A stretch of DNA of 38,710 nucleotides from Thermostichus sp. DRC_bins_24 (GTDB lineage: Bacteria > Cyanobacteriota > Cyanobacteriia > Thermostichales > Thermostichaceae). This document shows positions 9,578-22,049 of the stretch, piece after piece (position 1 is the first letter of the stretch; the number at the start of each line of letters is the position of its first letter). A program made the translations under genes and the position numbers. Below the pieces are notes generated by a model that was given only the letters and a program-made list of their open reading frames with translations, did not search any database and had not been told where the DNA came from. Location: assembly GCA_039794845.1 (NCBI GenBank), contig JAUQVK010000079.1:1-38710 (forward strand). The letters are read 5' to 3'.

Positions 9578-10078
9578 ATGTTAACCACTGAGAAGGCCCG
9601 TCTGTACGCCACCCACATCGATTTGCCCCAAGATCGGCGCACCGAGCTGGTGGCCCTGCTCAATCAGGCGCTGGCGGACACGCTGGATCTGAAAACCCAG
9701 GTGAAGCAGGCCCACTGGAATGTCAAAGGGATGAACTTTATTGCCCTACACGAGATGTTCGACACCTTCGCCGGCACTCTGGAAGAATACATCGACATGC
9801 TGGCGGAACGGGTCACGGCGCTGGGGGGAGTGGCCCGAGGAACGGCTCGTATTGTCGCCCAAACCTCCGCCCTGCCGGAGTACGATCTGGCGGCTGAAGA
9901 AGGTCGGGATCACCTGCAAGCCCTAGCGGCCCGCTATGGTCAGTACGCAGCCTCCACCCGCGGCAACATCGATCGCGCTACTGAGCTGGGGGATGCAGAC
10001 ACCGCCGATTTGTTCACGGAAATCTCCCGCCAGATTGACAAAGATCTCTGGTTCATCGAGGCTCACCTACAGGCGTAA
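9578..10078 (+). CDS. dps: Dps DNA-protection / mini-ferritin protein
   Basis: KQAHWNVKG..FIALHEMFD...DMLAERV ferroxidase motifs; AGGAGG Shine-Dalgarno. Confidence 0.95.
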   Translation: MLTTEKARLYATHIDLPQDRRTELVALLNQALADTLDLKTQVKQAHWNVKGMNFIALHEMFDTFAGTLEEYIDMLAERVTALGGVARGTARIVAQTSALPEYDLAAEEGRDHLQALAARYGQYAASTRGNIDRATELGDADTADLFTEISRQIDKDLWFIEAHLQA

Positions 10079-10093
10079 TTCTGGGCAGGCACC

Positions 10094-10612
10094 ATGGGCA
10101 TCAGTGCTCCACTTCTTTATTTGTCTGGGCTGACCAGCATTCTTGGGGTAGCGGGTTTTTTCGTCCTGAGAGAGGTGCGGCGGGTACGGGCACAGGAAAA
10201 AGTGCTCAATCGGTTGCAACCGCGGCTCACCAAAGACAAAGGTTCCCCACAGGAGCATTACGAGCTGGGGAGCGTTTACCTGCAGAAGCGCCTCTACGAC
10301 CAGGCGATTGCCCAGATGAAAAAGGCCCTGGATGTGGCGGGGGAAGACATTCCCCCCGTTTGCAATGCCCTTGGTTTCGCCTACTTCAGCCAGGGACAAT
10401 ACGATCTGGCCATCCGCTACTACAAAGATGCCGTGGCTGCCGATCCGGAATATGTGATCGCCTGGAATAATTTGGCCCACGCCTATGAAAAGAAAAATCT
10501 CTATGGTCCAAGCCTAGAGGCCTACGAGACTGCTCTGAAACTGGATCCGAAGAATGCCATCGCCAAGCGCCGTTCGGATTCCCTGCGCAAACGTCTGCAA
10601 CCCACGGTCTGA
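10094..10612 (+). CDS. ycf37: TPR protein, Ycf37-like photosystem I assembly factor
   Basis: N-terminal TM segment followed by three TPRs (YELGSVYL, NALGFAYF, NNLAHAYE). Confidence 0.78.
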   Translation: MGISAPLLYLSGLTSILGVAGFFVLREVRRVRAQEKVLNRLQPRLTKDKGSPQEHYELGSVYLQKRLYDQAIAQMKKALDVAGEDIPPVCNALGFAYFSQGQYDLAIRYYKDAVAADPEYVIAWNNLAHAYEKKNLYGPSLEAYETALKLDPKNAIAKRRSDSLRKRLQPTV

Positions 10613-10827
10613 GGGATTGTCTGAGAGTTGAATCCTCTCTTCGGTAGGAATACTCTTGACCCAGAAACCCGGGGCTCTCTCTAGTCGGAACAAATCCTCG
10701 TCAAAGTCATCACAATTGGCGCTTTTCCCCTCAAGAGAGGGCTTGGATCTTGAGTGCAAATACGGGGATCCGGTATCGTATTGCCGGGGCTGGTATCATG
10801 TGTTGAATAATAATGAGAGGCCATTTC

Positions 10828-12417
10828 ATGGACGCGCAATCGGTGGCACCTGTAGTTTTGGTGATCCTGGATGGCTGGGGTCATCGGGATGCCCTCGATG
10901 GCAACGCGGTACTGGGCGCTGAGACCCCTGTCCTGGATAGCCTCTGGGCCGCTTACCCCCACACCCTTTTGGAAGCCTCTGGACGAGCCGTGGGTCTGCC
11001 CGCCGGACAAATGGGCAACTCCGAAGTCGGGCATCTCACCTTGGGGGCGGGTCGAGTGGTACCTCAAGAGCTGGTGCGCATCAGTGATGCTGTAGAAACG
11101 GGATCCCTGTTCCAGGAGCCATTGTTGGTAGAGCTCTGTCGCAGCCTTAAGAAGCGGGGGGGACGCCTTCATCTGATGGGACTCTGCTCCAAAGGGGGCG
11201 TGCATTCTCACATTGATCATCTCTATGGCTTGCTGAAGCTGGCGGCCCAAGCGGGCGTTCCTGCTTATGTTCATGCCATTACTGACGGCCGCGATACTCT
11301 GCCCCGTGAGGGGGCTACTGTTTTGGCTGCCTTGCAAAAGGAGCTGGATCTGTTGGGCAACGGCGTCATCGCCACCCTGAGCGGACGTTACTACGCCATG
11401 GATCGGGATCGCCGCTGGGATCGGGTGCAAAAGGCCTACGAAGTCATGATCCAAGATGGCCCCGGCCAAGGGCGCAGTGCCGCCGAGGTGATGGAGGAGT
11501 TTTACAGCCAAGGGCTGACAGATGAGTTTATCCCCCCTACTCGCCTTGCTCCTGGAGCCATTCGGGCTGGAGATGCGGCGATTTTCTTCAACTTCCGCCC
11601 CGACCGTGCTCGCCAACTGACCCAAGCCTTTGTCTCCCCTGACTTTTCCGGCTTCGAGCGCACCCTGCTGCCCGACTTGACGTTTGTCACCATGACCCAG
11701 TACGAGGCGGATTTGCCGGTTGAGGTACTGTTCAAACCGCAAAACCTGGATCATCTGTTGGGTCAGGTGGTGAGCGAATCCAACCTGAAGCAACTGCGCA
11801 TCGCCGAAACCGAAAAGTACGCTCATGTCACTTACTTCTTTAACGGGGGCATCGAGCAACCCTTTCCGGGGGAAGATCGCATTTTGGTGCAAAGCCCCAT
11901 GGTCACCACCTACGATCAAGCTCCGGAAATGTCCGCCAGGGAAGTAACCGAAAAAGTGGTAGAGGCCATCGCCCGCCGCGAGTACAGCCTGGTGGTGCTG
12001 AACTATGCCAATCCCGATATGGTCGGCCACACGGGTAACTACGAAGCGACGGTACGGGCCCTGGAAACGGTGGATCAGTGTATTGGCAAACTGCTGACTG
12101 CGGTGGTGAAGGCCGGCGGAACGACCCTAATCTTGGCGGATCACGGCAATGCCGAGGTGATGTGGGACGAAGACCACAACCCCTGGACTGCCCACACCAC
12201 CAATCCAGTGCCCTGCATCTTGATAGAAGGGGAAGGTCGCAAAATCCCCGGCCATGGCACGGATGTGAAGTTGCGCTCTGGAGGCAGCTTGGCAGATGTG
12301 GCCCCCACCCTCCTGGAAATTCTGGGCTTGCCCCAACCCGAGGAAATGACGGGTCGCTCCCTGTTGCAGCCGGCGGAATACTCGGTGCAGCGGCGCCCGG
12401 CGCCAGTGGTGCGCTGA
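10828..12417 (+). CDS. gpmI: 2,3-bisphosphoglycerate-independent phosphoglycerate mutase
   Basis: LVILDGWG, GQMGNSEVGH, GRYYAMDRDRRW, NPDMVGHTG and ADHGNAE motifs. Confidence 0.97.
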   Translation: MDAQSVAPVVLVILDGWGHRDALDGNAVLGAETPVLDSLWAAYPHTLLEASGRAVGLPAGQMGNSEVGHLTLGAGRVVPQELVRISDAVETGSLFQEPLLVELCRSLKKRGGRLHLMGLCSKGGVHSHIDHLYGLLKLAAQAGVPAYVHAITDGRDTLPREGATVLAALQKELDLLGNGVIATLSGRYYAMDRDRRWDRVQKAYEVMIQDGPGQGRSAAEVMEEFYSQGLTDEFIPPTRLAPGAIRAGDAAIFFNFRPDRARQLTQAFVSPDFSGFERTLLPDLTFVTMTQYEADLPVEVLFKPQNLDHLLGQVVSESNLKQLRIAETEKYAHVTYFFNGGIEQPFPGEDRILVQSPMVTTYDQAPEMSAREVTEKVVEAIARREYSLVVLNYANPDMVGHTGNYEATVRALETVDQCIGKLLTAVVKAGGTTLILADHGNAEVMWDEDHNPWTAHTTNPVPCILIEGEGRKIPGHGTDVKLRSGGSLADVAPTLLEILGLPQPEEMTGRSLLQPAEYSVQRRPAPVVR

Positions 12418-12481
12418 AGGGATCCCGCGACAGACTGAGCTGACCCTGAACAGGATCTTCACCGGATCTTCTATCTATCTT

Positions 12482-12814
12482 CTAATCGAGATTCTCAACT
12501 TCCTCCACCACAGGGATCCCCACCTGTTCGAGCCACGCCTTCAACTCCGCCCATTGGCCATAGGTGGCAAGGATTTTCGACCGGTCGGGATGATAGGGAG
12601 CCGTCAACCGCTCTAGGCGCACAAACCGGGCTGTGGGGGCAATCACCGCCTCATCGGGATTACTGGGAGTAGCACGCATCAAAGAGCTGCTGAAGCCGCG
12701 ATAGATCAACACCAGGTCGGATCCTGCCTCCCCCTCCAGTTGCACCTGCAAAACCTCCTCCGGGTGAGCTTGGCTGTAGCGTTCCAAAGCCAGCGGCCAA
12801 GGCAAAGCACTCAT
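12482..12814 (-). CDS. Conserved hypothetical protein
   Basis: LERYS...LIYRGFSSSL..TP.NPD motif. The ATG overlaps the TGA of the upstream gene (ATGA). Confidence 0.75.
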   Translation of the reverse strand: MSALPWPLALERYSQAHPEEVLQVQLEGEAGSDLVLIYRGFSSSLMRATPSNPDEAVIAPTARFVRLERLTAPYHPDRSKILATYGQWAELKAWLEQVGIPVVEEVENLD

Positions 12815-13401
12815 GTCTCCGTGCCCCCATCCGCAGCTGCACCGGGCCGCAACCGCCATACGAAATACACGCTATAGAGCAGATAGACCACCAGGCCAAA
12901 AGCCCCCACACCCCCCAACAGCTCCACCGGTACCTTCGGGTGAAAGATCTCTCGAAATCCCATGGGTGGCTCAAACCAAGCTCGGCAAGCCTCCGACAGG
13001 GATCCGCGGAAGGCACAAGGCACGAACGCTCCCGAAAAGAGGATCCCTGCTCCCATGTACCCGGTTAGGCTCCAACGCCACAGTAGAAACACCCGCGCCG
13101 CCCACGTCCTCGACTGCTGCAGGGCCGCACTCCAATCCCTCCAAAACCAAACACAGACCAAGATCAACAGCCGCGCCATCGCCCCCGTCAAAAAACTCAC
13201 CGGCAGGCCGCCGATCATCAAATACACCGTCACCGCCAGCAGGCTGGATACCCGCCAGTAGACGATCAACAGTTGGATCAAGGGGCGCAACCCCACCCCG
13301 AAAGCCCAGGCCAGCAGGATCAGGGGCAGCACCACCGTCAGAGCCACCGCCAATCCGTAGTCCAGCCAGATCGCCTCCGTCAGCCAACTCTGTGGGATCA
13401 T
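12811..13401 (-). CDS. DUF3177-like membrane protein
   Basis: WLDYGLAVALTVVLPLILLAWA...YWRVSSLLAVTVYLMIG, multiple TM helices; family recalled from memory. Confidence 0.75.
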   Translation of the reverse strand: MIPQSWLTEAIWLDYGLAVALTVVLPLILLAWAFGVGLRPLIQLLIVYWRVSSLLAVTVYLMIGGLPVSFLTGAMARLLILVCVWFWRDWSAALQQSRTWAARVFLLWRWSLTGYMGAGILFSGAFVPCAFRGSLSEACRAWFEPPMGFREIFHPKVPVELLGGVGAFGLVVYLLYSVYFVWRLRPGAAADGGTET

Positions 13402-13663
13402 CCTCACTTCCGCTGCCTCTGTCCCCCAGTATAAAAGTGGCGGAATCACGGAATATTACAATTTCCCCTTAGCACAGGTAAAAGTTTGCAAGGTGTGACC
13501 CTCAGAAAGTTTTTCGATTTCTGCGGTTGCGGATCCGCGAAAGTGGTAGATTCTTAGAGGAACATCTGAGCGCATCAGAAGGCTAGCTGCCGTTCTGGGT
13601 CGCAACCAGAGGTTTCATTGGGCCTTTACCCAGCTTAATTTCATTAAGTATTGTTACTTAATC

Positions 13664-14263
13664 GTGTTATCTTGGGTTACGGCCAAGCCCCAGAGGTGTG
13701 ACCTCCTTCTCATGGCACGTTCCCCCAGACTCCTCTCCCATAGCTTTAGCCGTTGGAAGGCGACTCAGTGGAAGCCCACCCCGCTGCCTCCCCTGTCCGA
13801 GGTGTCTGTTCGTCTTGAGGGGAAAACGGGCTCCGAGTCGCAAGCTTCCCTTGGTTGGGTTCGGTCCGAGTCTGAGGCAAGTCCACCCAAAGCCATAGCC
13901 TCTGGTTCAGGTAGCTACGAAAAGCTGCAGCTGTGGCTGGTAGTGGTTACTCTCGGGGTCAGTTTGGCCATCGCCCTTTGTGTGGCCTTGGTTTACTCTG
14001 TCGGGATTGCCGCCAACTATTTGCTCGGGGCAGTGGTTGGCTTGGTCTACCTGCGCATGCTGGGCCGCGGTGTGGCAGAACTGGGCAAAAGCCGCAATCG
14101 CTTGGGAGTGACTCGCTTGGCTCTGTTTGTCGGGCTGATTGTCTTGGCTACCCAAGTGGAGTCTTTGCAAGTTTTGCCCGTCTTTCTGGGGTTCATCACC
14201 TACAAGGTCACCCTGTTGATTCACATCGTCCAGACTTTGACACGTTCATCCTCTTCTACGTGA
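13664..14263 (+). CDS. atp1: ATP synthase protein I (Atp1); true start probably further downstream
   Basis: YEKLQLWL...NYLLGA...YLRML...FLGFITYK, four TM helices, first gene of the atp operon. Confidence 0.85.
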   Translation: MLSWVTAKPQRCDLLLMARSPRLLSHSFSRWKATQWKPTPLPPLSEVSVRLEGKTGSESQASLGWVRSESEASPPKAIASGSGSYEKLQLWLVVVTLGVSLAIALCVALVYSVGIAANYLLGAVVGLVYLRMLGRGVAELGKSRNRLGVTRLALFVGLIVLATQVESLQVLPVFLGFITYKVTLLIHIVQTLTRSSSST

Positions 14264-14268
14264 TACCC

Positions 14269-15036
14269 ATGAACCTGTCCTTGTTTCCTCACCCGCTGCT
14301 GGCAGAATTAGAGGTCGGCCATCACCTCTACTGGCACCTTGGCAAATTCACCGTTCACGGGCAGGTTTTGATCGCCAGCTGGATTGCCATTGCCCTGATC
14401 CTGACGGTGGTGGTGTTGGGCACTCGCCAACTGCAACGGGAGCCCGGCGGTCTGCAGAACTTTGTTGAGTATGCTCTGGAATTTGTACAGGGCATTGCTC
14501 GCGCCCAGATCGGCGAGAAAAACTTCCGCCCCTGGGTGCCCTACGTTGGCACTCTGTTCCTGTTCATCTTTGTCTCCAACTGGATGGGCAACCTTTTCCC
14601 CTGGAAGTTGATTGAGCTGCCGGAAGGGGAGCTGGCCTCCCCCACCAACGACATCAACACCACCGCCGGGTTGGCCCTGCTGACCAGCGTCATGTATTTT
14701 GTGGCGGGCATTAGCAAGCGGGGGCTGTCTTACTTCAAGAAGTACATCGAGCCGACCCCGATCCTGCTGCCGATCAACGTTCTGGAGGACTTCACCAAGC
14801 CCCTCTCCCTCAGCTTCCGACTGTTTGGCAATATCTTGGCGGAAGAGCTGGTGATCGCGGTGCTGGTGTTGCTGGTGCCCCTGTTCATCCCGGTGCCGGT
14901 GATGATTCTGTTCTTGTTCACGGGGGCGATTCAAGCTTTGATCTTCTCGACCCTCTCTGCTGCTTACATCGGAGAGGCACTTGAAGGTCATGGGGGCGGG
15001 GAACACCACGATGACCCCTTGGGGGAGCACGATTGA
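14269..15036 (+). CDS. atpB: ATP synthase F0 subunit a
   Basis: [17 protein letters not shown] and [18 protein letters not shown] at 14269. Confidence 0.97.
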   Translation: MNLSLFPHPLLAELEVGHHLYWHLGKFTVHGQVLIASWIAIALILTVVVLGTRQLQREPGGLQNFVEYALEFVQGIARAQIGEKNFRPWVPYVGTLFLFIFVSNWMGNLFPWKLIELPEGELASPTNDINTTAGLALLTSVMYFVAGISKRGLSYFKKYIEPTPILLPINVLEDFTKPLSLSFRLFGNILAEELVIAVLVLLVPLFIPVPVMILFLFTGAIQALIFSTLSAAYIGEALEGHGGGEHHDDPLGEHD

Positions 15037-15222
15037 GATGAGTTCCGCTTTTGGGTCATCATCGGGGATCCCTTCTCTGGTAAGGTTTGTTGGGGCTGAC
15101 AGGTTGGTTCTGAAGGCCGCTGACAAAGAAGTGATTTGAGGCTGAGGCATCGTTTCAGGCCAGATCACCTCAAGTTCGAAAGACGCTGTCACTCGTTTTG
15201 TCAATTACTAAGGAGCATCTGA

Positions 15223-15471
<249 letters not shown>

Positions 15472-15527
15472 GGTGTGTTTGGGGGGGCGGGCTGTGTCGA
15501 GGGTTCTGTCGACCGCCATCGTCCCCT

Positions 15528-15657
15528 TACAGCCCTTTAGGCCCAGGGCACACCGGCGTGACCGCCAGTCACATGTAACAACCGTGGAAGTTGAGATCCA
15601 CTCCCCAGGGCTTAGGAATCACAATCCCTGCTGTAGAAAACCCGCACAAGGGCTGTA
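15528..15657 (+). mobile_element. TA-flanked MITE-like element, copy B, in the c-b' spacer
   Basis: TA-CAGCCCTT...AAGGGCTG-TA with the shared core; 24-nt insert at 15538-15561. Confidence 0.85.
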
Positions 15658-15706
15658 CTCTGCTTGATGTCAGACTGGAGACGTTCCTGTTGGGGCCGTA
15701 GTATCC

Positions 15707-16180
15707 ATGATCTTTCCAACCCTATTGGCTGTCGAAGCTGCTGAGAAAGGCGGGCTATTCGATTTCGATGCCACCCTACCTCTGGTCGCCATTCAGTTTT
15801 TGCTGCTGGTGGCGGTGCTTAACGCTCTGTTTTATGAGCCTGTGACCCGCGCCATGGATGACCGCAGCAACTACCTCCGCACCACTCAAGCGGAAGCCCA
15901 AGAGCGGTTGGACAAGGTGGTGGCCCTGACCCGCCAGTACGAGTCTGAGATCAGCCAGGCTCGCTTGCAGGCCCAGCAGATCATTGCTGAGGCCGAAGCG
16001 TCAGCAGCTCGGATTCGGTCTGAGAGGCTGGCTGCTGTACAAGCGGAGCTCCAGGAAAAACTGGAAGCCGCACGGTTGCAGGTGGAGGAAGAGAAACGGG
16101 CGGCCCTTAGCCAACTGCAACAGCAAGTGGACGCCATTGCCGCCCAAATTACCCAGAAGCTGTTGGGCAGCGCTCGCTAA
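15707..16180 (+). CDS. atpF2: ATP synthase F0 subunit b'
   Basis: [17 protein letters not shown]...LFYEP followed by a coiled coil. Confidence 0.95.
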   Translation: MIFPTLLAVEAAEKGGLFDFDATLPLVAIQFLLLVAVLNALFYEPVTRAMDDRSNYLRTTQAEAQERLDKVVALTRQYESEISQARLQAQQIIAEAEASAARIRSERLAAVQAELQEKLEAARLQVEEEKRAALSQLQQQVDAIAAQITQKLLGSAR

Positions 16181-16213
16181 TTGCCGATTTGGAAGTGCTT
16201 TTTGGAGTGGAGC

Positions 16214-16780
16214 ATGATATCCAGCCTGATGCCCAGTTGGATCTTTGCCGTTGCCGAGCCAGTTGCAGAAGCAATGGAGCTTCTCGAAGACTCTGAAGAA
16301 GGGGATCTGTTCGCCAAGATTCTCGACAGCAACCTGGTGAACATTGCCATCATCCTCACCCTGCTCTTTATCCTGGGCCGCAAAGTGGTGGGCGAAGCCT
16401 TGACCAAACGGCGGGAGGCAATTGTGGAAGAATTGCAGCAGGCGGAGCAGCGCAAGCAAGAGGCAATCGAGAAGCTGGCGGATCAGCAGCAGAAGCTCGC
16501 CCAGGCCCAGCAAGAGGCGGAGCGCATTCGTCAGCAGGCGGAAGCCAACGCCGAAGCCCGCCGACGGGAGTTGCTAGAACAGGCAGATCGGGAAATTGAA
16601 CGGCTACGGGCCAGCGCGGAGAAGGATGTTTCCACTGAGCAAGAGCGGGTTTTGCAGGAGTTGCGCCTGCAGATTGTGCGCCAGGCCCTGATCAAGGTGG
16701 AGCAGGAATTGCCCCGGCATCTGAACGACCAGGTGCAACAGCGCTTGATCGAGCAAGGGATCCAGATGATTGCCCGCTAA
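16214..16780 (+). CDS. atpF: ATP synthase F0 subunit b
   Basis: [13 protein letters not shown] segment plus coiled coil; position in operon. Confidence 0.93.
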   Translation: MISSLMPSWIFAVAEPVAEAMELLEDSEEGDLFAKILDSNLVNIAIILTLLFILGRKVVGEALTKRREAIVEELQQAEQRKQEAIEKLADQQQKLAQAQQEAERIRQQAEANAEARRRELLEQADREIERLRASAEKDVSTEQERVLQELRLQIVRQALIKVEQELPRHLNDQVQQRLIEQGIQMIAR

Positions 16781-16808
16781 CCCAGTCAGTGAGAGAAAAG
16801 GGGAAGGT

Positions 16809-17357
16809 ATGATCAGCAGCACAATCGCCCAGCAGGTGGTGGATCCCTACGCAGAGGCCCTGATTTCCCTTGGATCCGGCCAGGGATTACTGGATACCTT
16901 TGCCGCCGACATCCGCTTTGTTGCCGCTGCCCTGCAGGCTACGCCCGAACTAGGGCGGTTTCTCGCCAACCCGGTGATCAAAGCCGAAGCCAAGAAGAAC
17001 CTGTTGCAGCAGGTGTTTGCGGATCAGATTCATCCCTTGCTGCTGAACGCGCTCAAGTTGCTAACCGACCGTCGCCGCATTATGTTCCTTGGGAGTGTCT
17101 GTCGTCGCTTTTTGGAGCTGCAACGGAAGCTGCAAAACATCGCTTTGGCGGAGGTGACCACCGCTGTTCCCCTGACAGAAGCTCAGCAACAGTCGATCCG
17201 CGAGCGGGTGATGGACTTTACTCAGGCCAGCAGCGTGGAGTTGCAAACCACTCAGGATCCGGCCCTGATCGGTGGCGTGATCATCAAGGTTGGATCCCAG
17301 GTGATTGACCTGAGTTTGCGCGGTCAGTTGCGCCGGCTTACCCTGCAGCTAACCTAA
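16809..17357 (+). CDS. atpH: ATP synthase F1 subunit delta
   Basis: PYAEAL, LLTDRRRI and DPALIGGVIIKVGSQVIDLSLRGQL. Confidence 0.95.
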   Translation: MISSTIAQQVVDPYAEALISLGSGQGLLDTFAADIRFVAAALQATPELGRFLANPVIKAEAKKNLLQQVFADQIHPLLLNALKLLTDRRRIMFLGSVCRRFLELQRKLQNIALAEVTTAVPLTEAQQQSIRERVMDFTQASSVELQTTQDPALIGGVIIKVGSQVIDLSLRGQLRRLTLQLT

Positions 17358-18929
<1,572 letters not shown>

Positions 18930-19016
18930 GATCACTCGCACATCGTTGGGGATCCCCTGCAGATTCATTTTCTAAGAGGATCCCCACCAGACTCACCACA
19001 GCACAGGGGATAGGTT

Positions 19017-19961
19017 ATGGCAAACCTGAAGGGCATCCGCGATCGGATCAAGTCAGTCAAAAATACCCGCAAGATCACCGAAGCGATGCGTTTGGTGGCA
19101 GCGGCGCGGGTACGGCGCGCCCAAGAGCAAGTGAATGCCACCCGCCCCTTTGCGGATCGACTGGCACAGGTCTTCTATCGTCTGCAAACGCGGCTGCGCC
19201 TGGAAGATGTCAATTTACCCCTTCTCCAGCAACGTCCCATCCAAACGGTGGGTCTGTTGGTGGTTTCTGGGGATCGGGGCCTGTGTGGAGCCTACAACTC
19301 CAACGTGATCAAGCGCACCGAAGAACGCATCCGGGAAGTGCAGGAGGCGGGAGGTCAGGTTGAGCTTTACTTAATCGGTCGCAAGGCGGTGCAGTACTTC
19401 CAGCGGCGTTCGGCTCCCATTGCCAAAACCTACGTGAACTTGTCCCAGATCCCTTCCGCTGCAGAGGCGGCCCAAATCGGGGATCAACTGCTCTCGGCTT
19501 TCCTCTCGGAGAAGGTGGATAAAGTTGAGCTGATCTATACCCGCTTTGTCTCCCTGATCAGTTCCCGCCCGGTGGTTCAGTCGATTCTGCCTTTGGATCC
19601 CTCGCGGCTGGCCACTCAGGATGACGAGATTTTCAACCTGTTGGTGCGCGGCGGAGAGTTTACCGTCGAACGCAGCAAAGTCATCGCCACCGTTTCAGCG
19701 CCTCCCCAAGACATGATTTTCGAGCAGGATCCCGTACAAATTTTGGATGCTCTGTTGCCGTTGTATTTGAACAACCAGTTGCTGCGGGCCTTACAAGAAT
19801 CGGCGGCAAGCGAGCTGGCAGCCCGCATGACGGCTATGAACAACGCCAGCGACAACGCCAGTGAGTTAATCCGTTCTTTGGGCCTCTCTTACAACAAAGC
19901 CCGTCAGGCGGCCATTACCCAAGAGATTCTGGAAGTGGTGGCAGGCGCTCAAGCGCTGTAG
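19017..19961 (+). CDS. atpG: ATP synthase F1 subunit gamma
   Basis: [22 protein letters not shown] and [19 protein letters not shown]. Confidence 0.98.
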   Translation: MANLKGIRDRIKSVKNTRKITEAMRLVAAARVRRAQEQVNATRPFADRLAQVFYRLQTRLRLEDVNLPLLQQRPIQTVGLLVVSGDRGLCGAYNSNVIKRTEERIREVQEAGGQVELYLIGRKAVQYFQRRSAPIAKTYVNLSQIPSAAEAAQIGDQLLSAFLSEKVDKVELIYTRFVSLISSRPVVQSILPLDPSRLATQDDEIFNLLVRGGEFTVERSKVIATVSAPPQDMIFEQDPVQILDALLPLYLNNQLLRALQESAASELAARMTAMNNASDNASELIRSLGLSYNKARQAAITQEILEVVAGAQAL

Positions 19962-20133
19962 GTAAGTTTTTGGGTTCTTTCAACGGCAAGGGATCCCCAA
20001 GTAAGCCCACTTTCTGCCTGGCCCCACGCGCAGGTAGTGCCTATAGAGTATAAAAATTTCCCAACCGCAATTTCCCTTAGGATCAACCTCTTGAGGTTCA
20101 TCCGGTTCGTGATTAATGAGAGGCCCGACAACT

Positions 20134-20272
20134 TGCAGCCCTTCCGCTAGTCACCTACAACTGTAGAAGCTGAGATGAGACTTCTTCCTCCAGCCGAATG
20201 GTGCTCCGCACTCCGCGTAGCGGGAACAGGAAGCGCAAAAATCCTGTTATGGAAACCCGCGCAAAGGCTGTA
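20134..20272 (+). mobile_element. TA-flanked MITE-like element, copy C (diverged; left insertion site empty)
   Basis: TG-CAGCCCTT-CCGCTAGTCAC...AACTGTAGAAGCTGAGAT...AGGAAGCGCAA...ACCCGCGCAAAGGCTG-TA. Confidence 0.75.
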
Positions 20273-20365
20273 CCTCTAAAAAAGCTATACCTCTAAAAAT
20301 GTGTTTCTGAGAATGTGTAGAACCTAGGGCTTAAAGTTCATTCATCTCTATCTCCCAGACAAGCC

Positions 20366-20394
20366 AAAAAAGGGATCCGCTGCAGCGGATCCCT
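20366..20394 (-). terminator. Intrinsic terminator of the porin gene
   Basis: Perfect palindrome AGGGATCCGCTGCAGCGGATCCCT with a U-tract on the minus strand, about 52 nt after the porin stop. Confidence 0.7.
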
Positions 20395-20446
20395 AATGCG
20401 ATTATGAACTTGATGAACTTGTGAACTTGCTCAGAAAGTCAACTCA

Positions 20447-22021
20447 TCAGAAGTTGAACACAGCCCGCAGAGCACCCGCACCAATGGTGGGATCGTTGTC
20501 GCCCGGCAGACCGCCGTTGGGGTTGCTCACAAAGTAAGCAGCAGGAGTGAGTGTCAGGAACTCGTTCACCGGGAAGCTGTAGTACACATCCACGATGAAG
20601 GGACGACTATCCCAAACTCCCTCGTTCTTGGTAGTCACGATCGGCTGACCGAACACAACACCACCCTGTGCCCCTTCGATAAACAGATCCGGGAAGGCAA
20701 AGCCAAACAGCCAGCCGTTGAAGTCTTCATCACCGGGATCGATGGTGCCAGCCGGAACCACGTTGGGCAGGTTGTAGTCCACGTTGCCGGTGGTGAACCA
20801 ACCGGAAAGGATCACGCGGGGGCTGAGCTCCCAGTTTGCGGCCACAGAGAAGGCATTCACACGGGCAGTGTGAGAAACATCGGTCACACTCAAAGGCCCA
20901 CGGAAAAGGCTAGCGCCGTTGGCTAGGAAGCTTGGATCACCGTTCTGCAAGTAGGTGCTGGCAAACTGCAGATACAGCTCCAAGGTGTCGGTCGGCAAGA
21001 AGCCCAGCTCAACGGCATGGGCGCTGTTGCCACCGGTCAAACCAGAGTCGCCAAAGCCACTGCCAAGGCGAGCACCGTTGTTGGTGCTGTAGCTGTAGGC
21101 CAAGCGGAACTGATCCCCAGGACGGAAGCGGAACCCAAACATGGTTCCACCCGGCACATCAGCAGTGGAATTGGGAGCATCGGCGAAGTCGGAGAGGGCA
21201 TCGAAAGGAGTGCCATAGTTGAAGACGTCGAACACACCCGAGCCAGAAATACCGGCGTAGATGGTGGCAGCGCGATTAAAGGCGGGGAACTGATAAATCA
21301 ACTTGGACAGGGTGAAGGTGCCGCCACCACCACCGCTGAACCCAGGACCCGGATCGCCATCAAAGAACTCAGTCACGGCATCACGGGCCTGCAAGCGAAT
21401 CCGCAAGCGATCCCGACCGGTGAAGGAAGCATCGAAGTTCAAACGCACCCGGTAGGGCAGGGTCATATTGGCTTGGTCTTGTTCGGCAACAGTTACGCCA
21501 TTCACAATGCGGTCGTCAGTGAGGGCACTGCCGTAAATGGCGGTGATCACCTGAGCGTTCAACTTGGTGACGGGGTTGAAGACTTTCCCTTTCAGGTCCG
21601 TCACATCAGCTTCCAGGGCATCCACCCGTCCGCGCAGGGCGGCCAGCTCAGCAGCAAATTCTTCCTGCAGGCGCTGCAGAGTGGCCAAATCTTCCCGAGA
21701 CACCTTATCGGCCAAACCCGCAGCGATCAGCTCGTTGATGCGATCCAAACAGGCATTCATACCCGCGGCAAACTCGAAGCGGGTCATGGCCCGGTTGCCA
21801 CGGAAGGTACGGTCAGGATAACCAGCGATACAGCCGTAGCGCTCTACCAAAGATTGCAGAGCTTGGAATGCCCAATCGGTTGGCTGTACGTCAGACAGCT
21901 CAGAAATAGCAGTGACCGGGCCAGAGGCTTGGGCATAAGCCATTCCGGGGGTCAGAACTGCCGCCGCACCCAGAGTGCCAGCCAGCAGAGTCTTCCAGTA
22001 GTTCGCGTGTTTCGCGGGCAT
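20447..22021 (-). CDS. SLH-domain outer-membrane porin (Som/OprB-like)
   Basis: Signal peptide, SDVQPTDWAFQALQSLVERYGCIAGYPD SLH domain, coiled coil, and beta-barrel ending in F. AGGAG precedes the ATG at 22021. Confidence 0.93.
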   Translation of the reverse strand: MPAKHANYWKTLLAGTLGAAAVLTPGMAYAQASGPVTAISELSDVQPTDWAFQALQSLVERYGCIAGYPDRTFRGNRAMTRFEFAAGMNACLDRINELIAAGLADKVSREDLATLQRLQEEFAAELAALRGRVDALEADVTDLKGKVFNPVTKLNAQVITAIYGSALTDDRIVNGVTVAEQDQANMTLPYRVRLNFDASFTGRDRLRIRLQARDAVTEFFDGDPGPGFSGGGGGTFTLSKLIYQFPAFNRAATIYAGISGSGVFDVFNYGTPFDALSDFADAPNSTADVPGGTMFGFRFRPGDQFRLAYSYSTNNGARLGSGFGDSGLTGGNSAHAVELGFLPTDTLELYLQFASTYLQNGDPSFLANGASLFRGPLSVTDVSHTARVNAFSVAANWELSPRVILSGWFTTGNVDYNLPNVVPAGTIDPGDEDFNGWLFGFAFPDLFIEGAQGGVVFGQPIVTTKNEGVWDSRPFIVDVYYSFPVNEFLTLTPAAYFVSNPNGGLPGDNDPTIGAGALRAVFNF

Positions 22022-22040
22022 GTTTCTCTCCTTGTTCTTT

Positions 22041-22049
22041 TCCTCACAC
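22041..22049 (-). promoter_or_regulatory. Putative Yfr1 sRNA target site
   Basis: GTGTGAGGA, about 20 nt upstream of the porin start, is complementary to the Yfr1 motif ACUCCUCACAC. Confidence 0.65.

Noticed and set aside
13933..14268. Long N-terminal extension of ATP synthase subunit a
   Set aside because: It overlaps atp1 in another frame; subunit a homology starts at ATG 14269.
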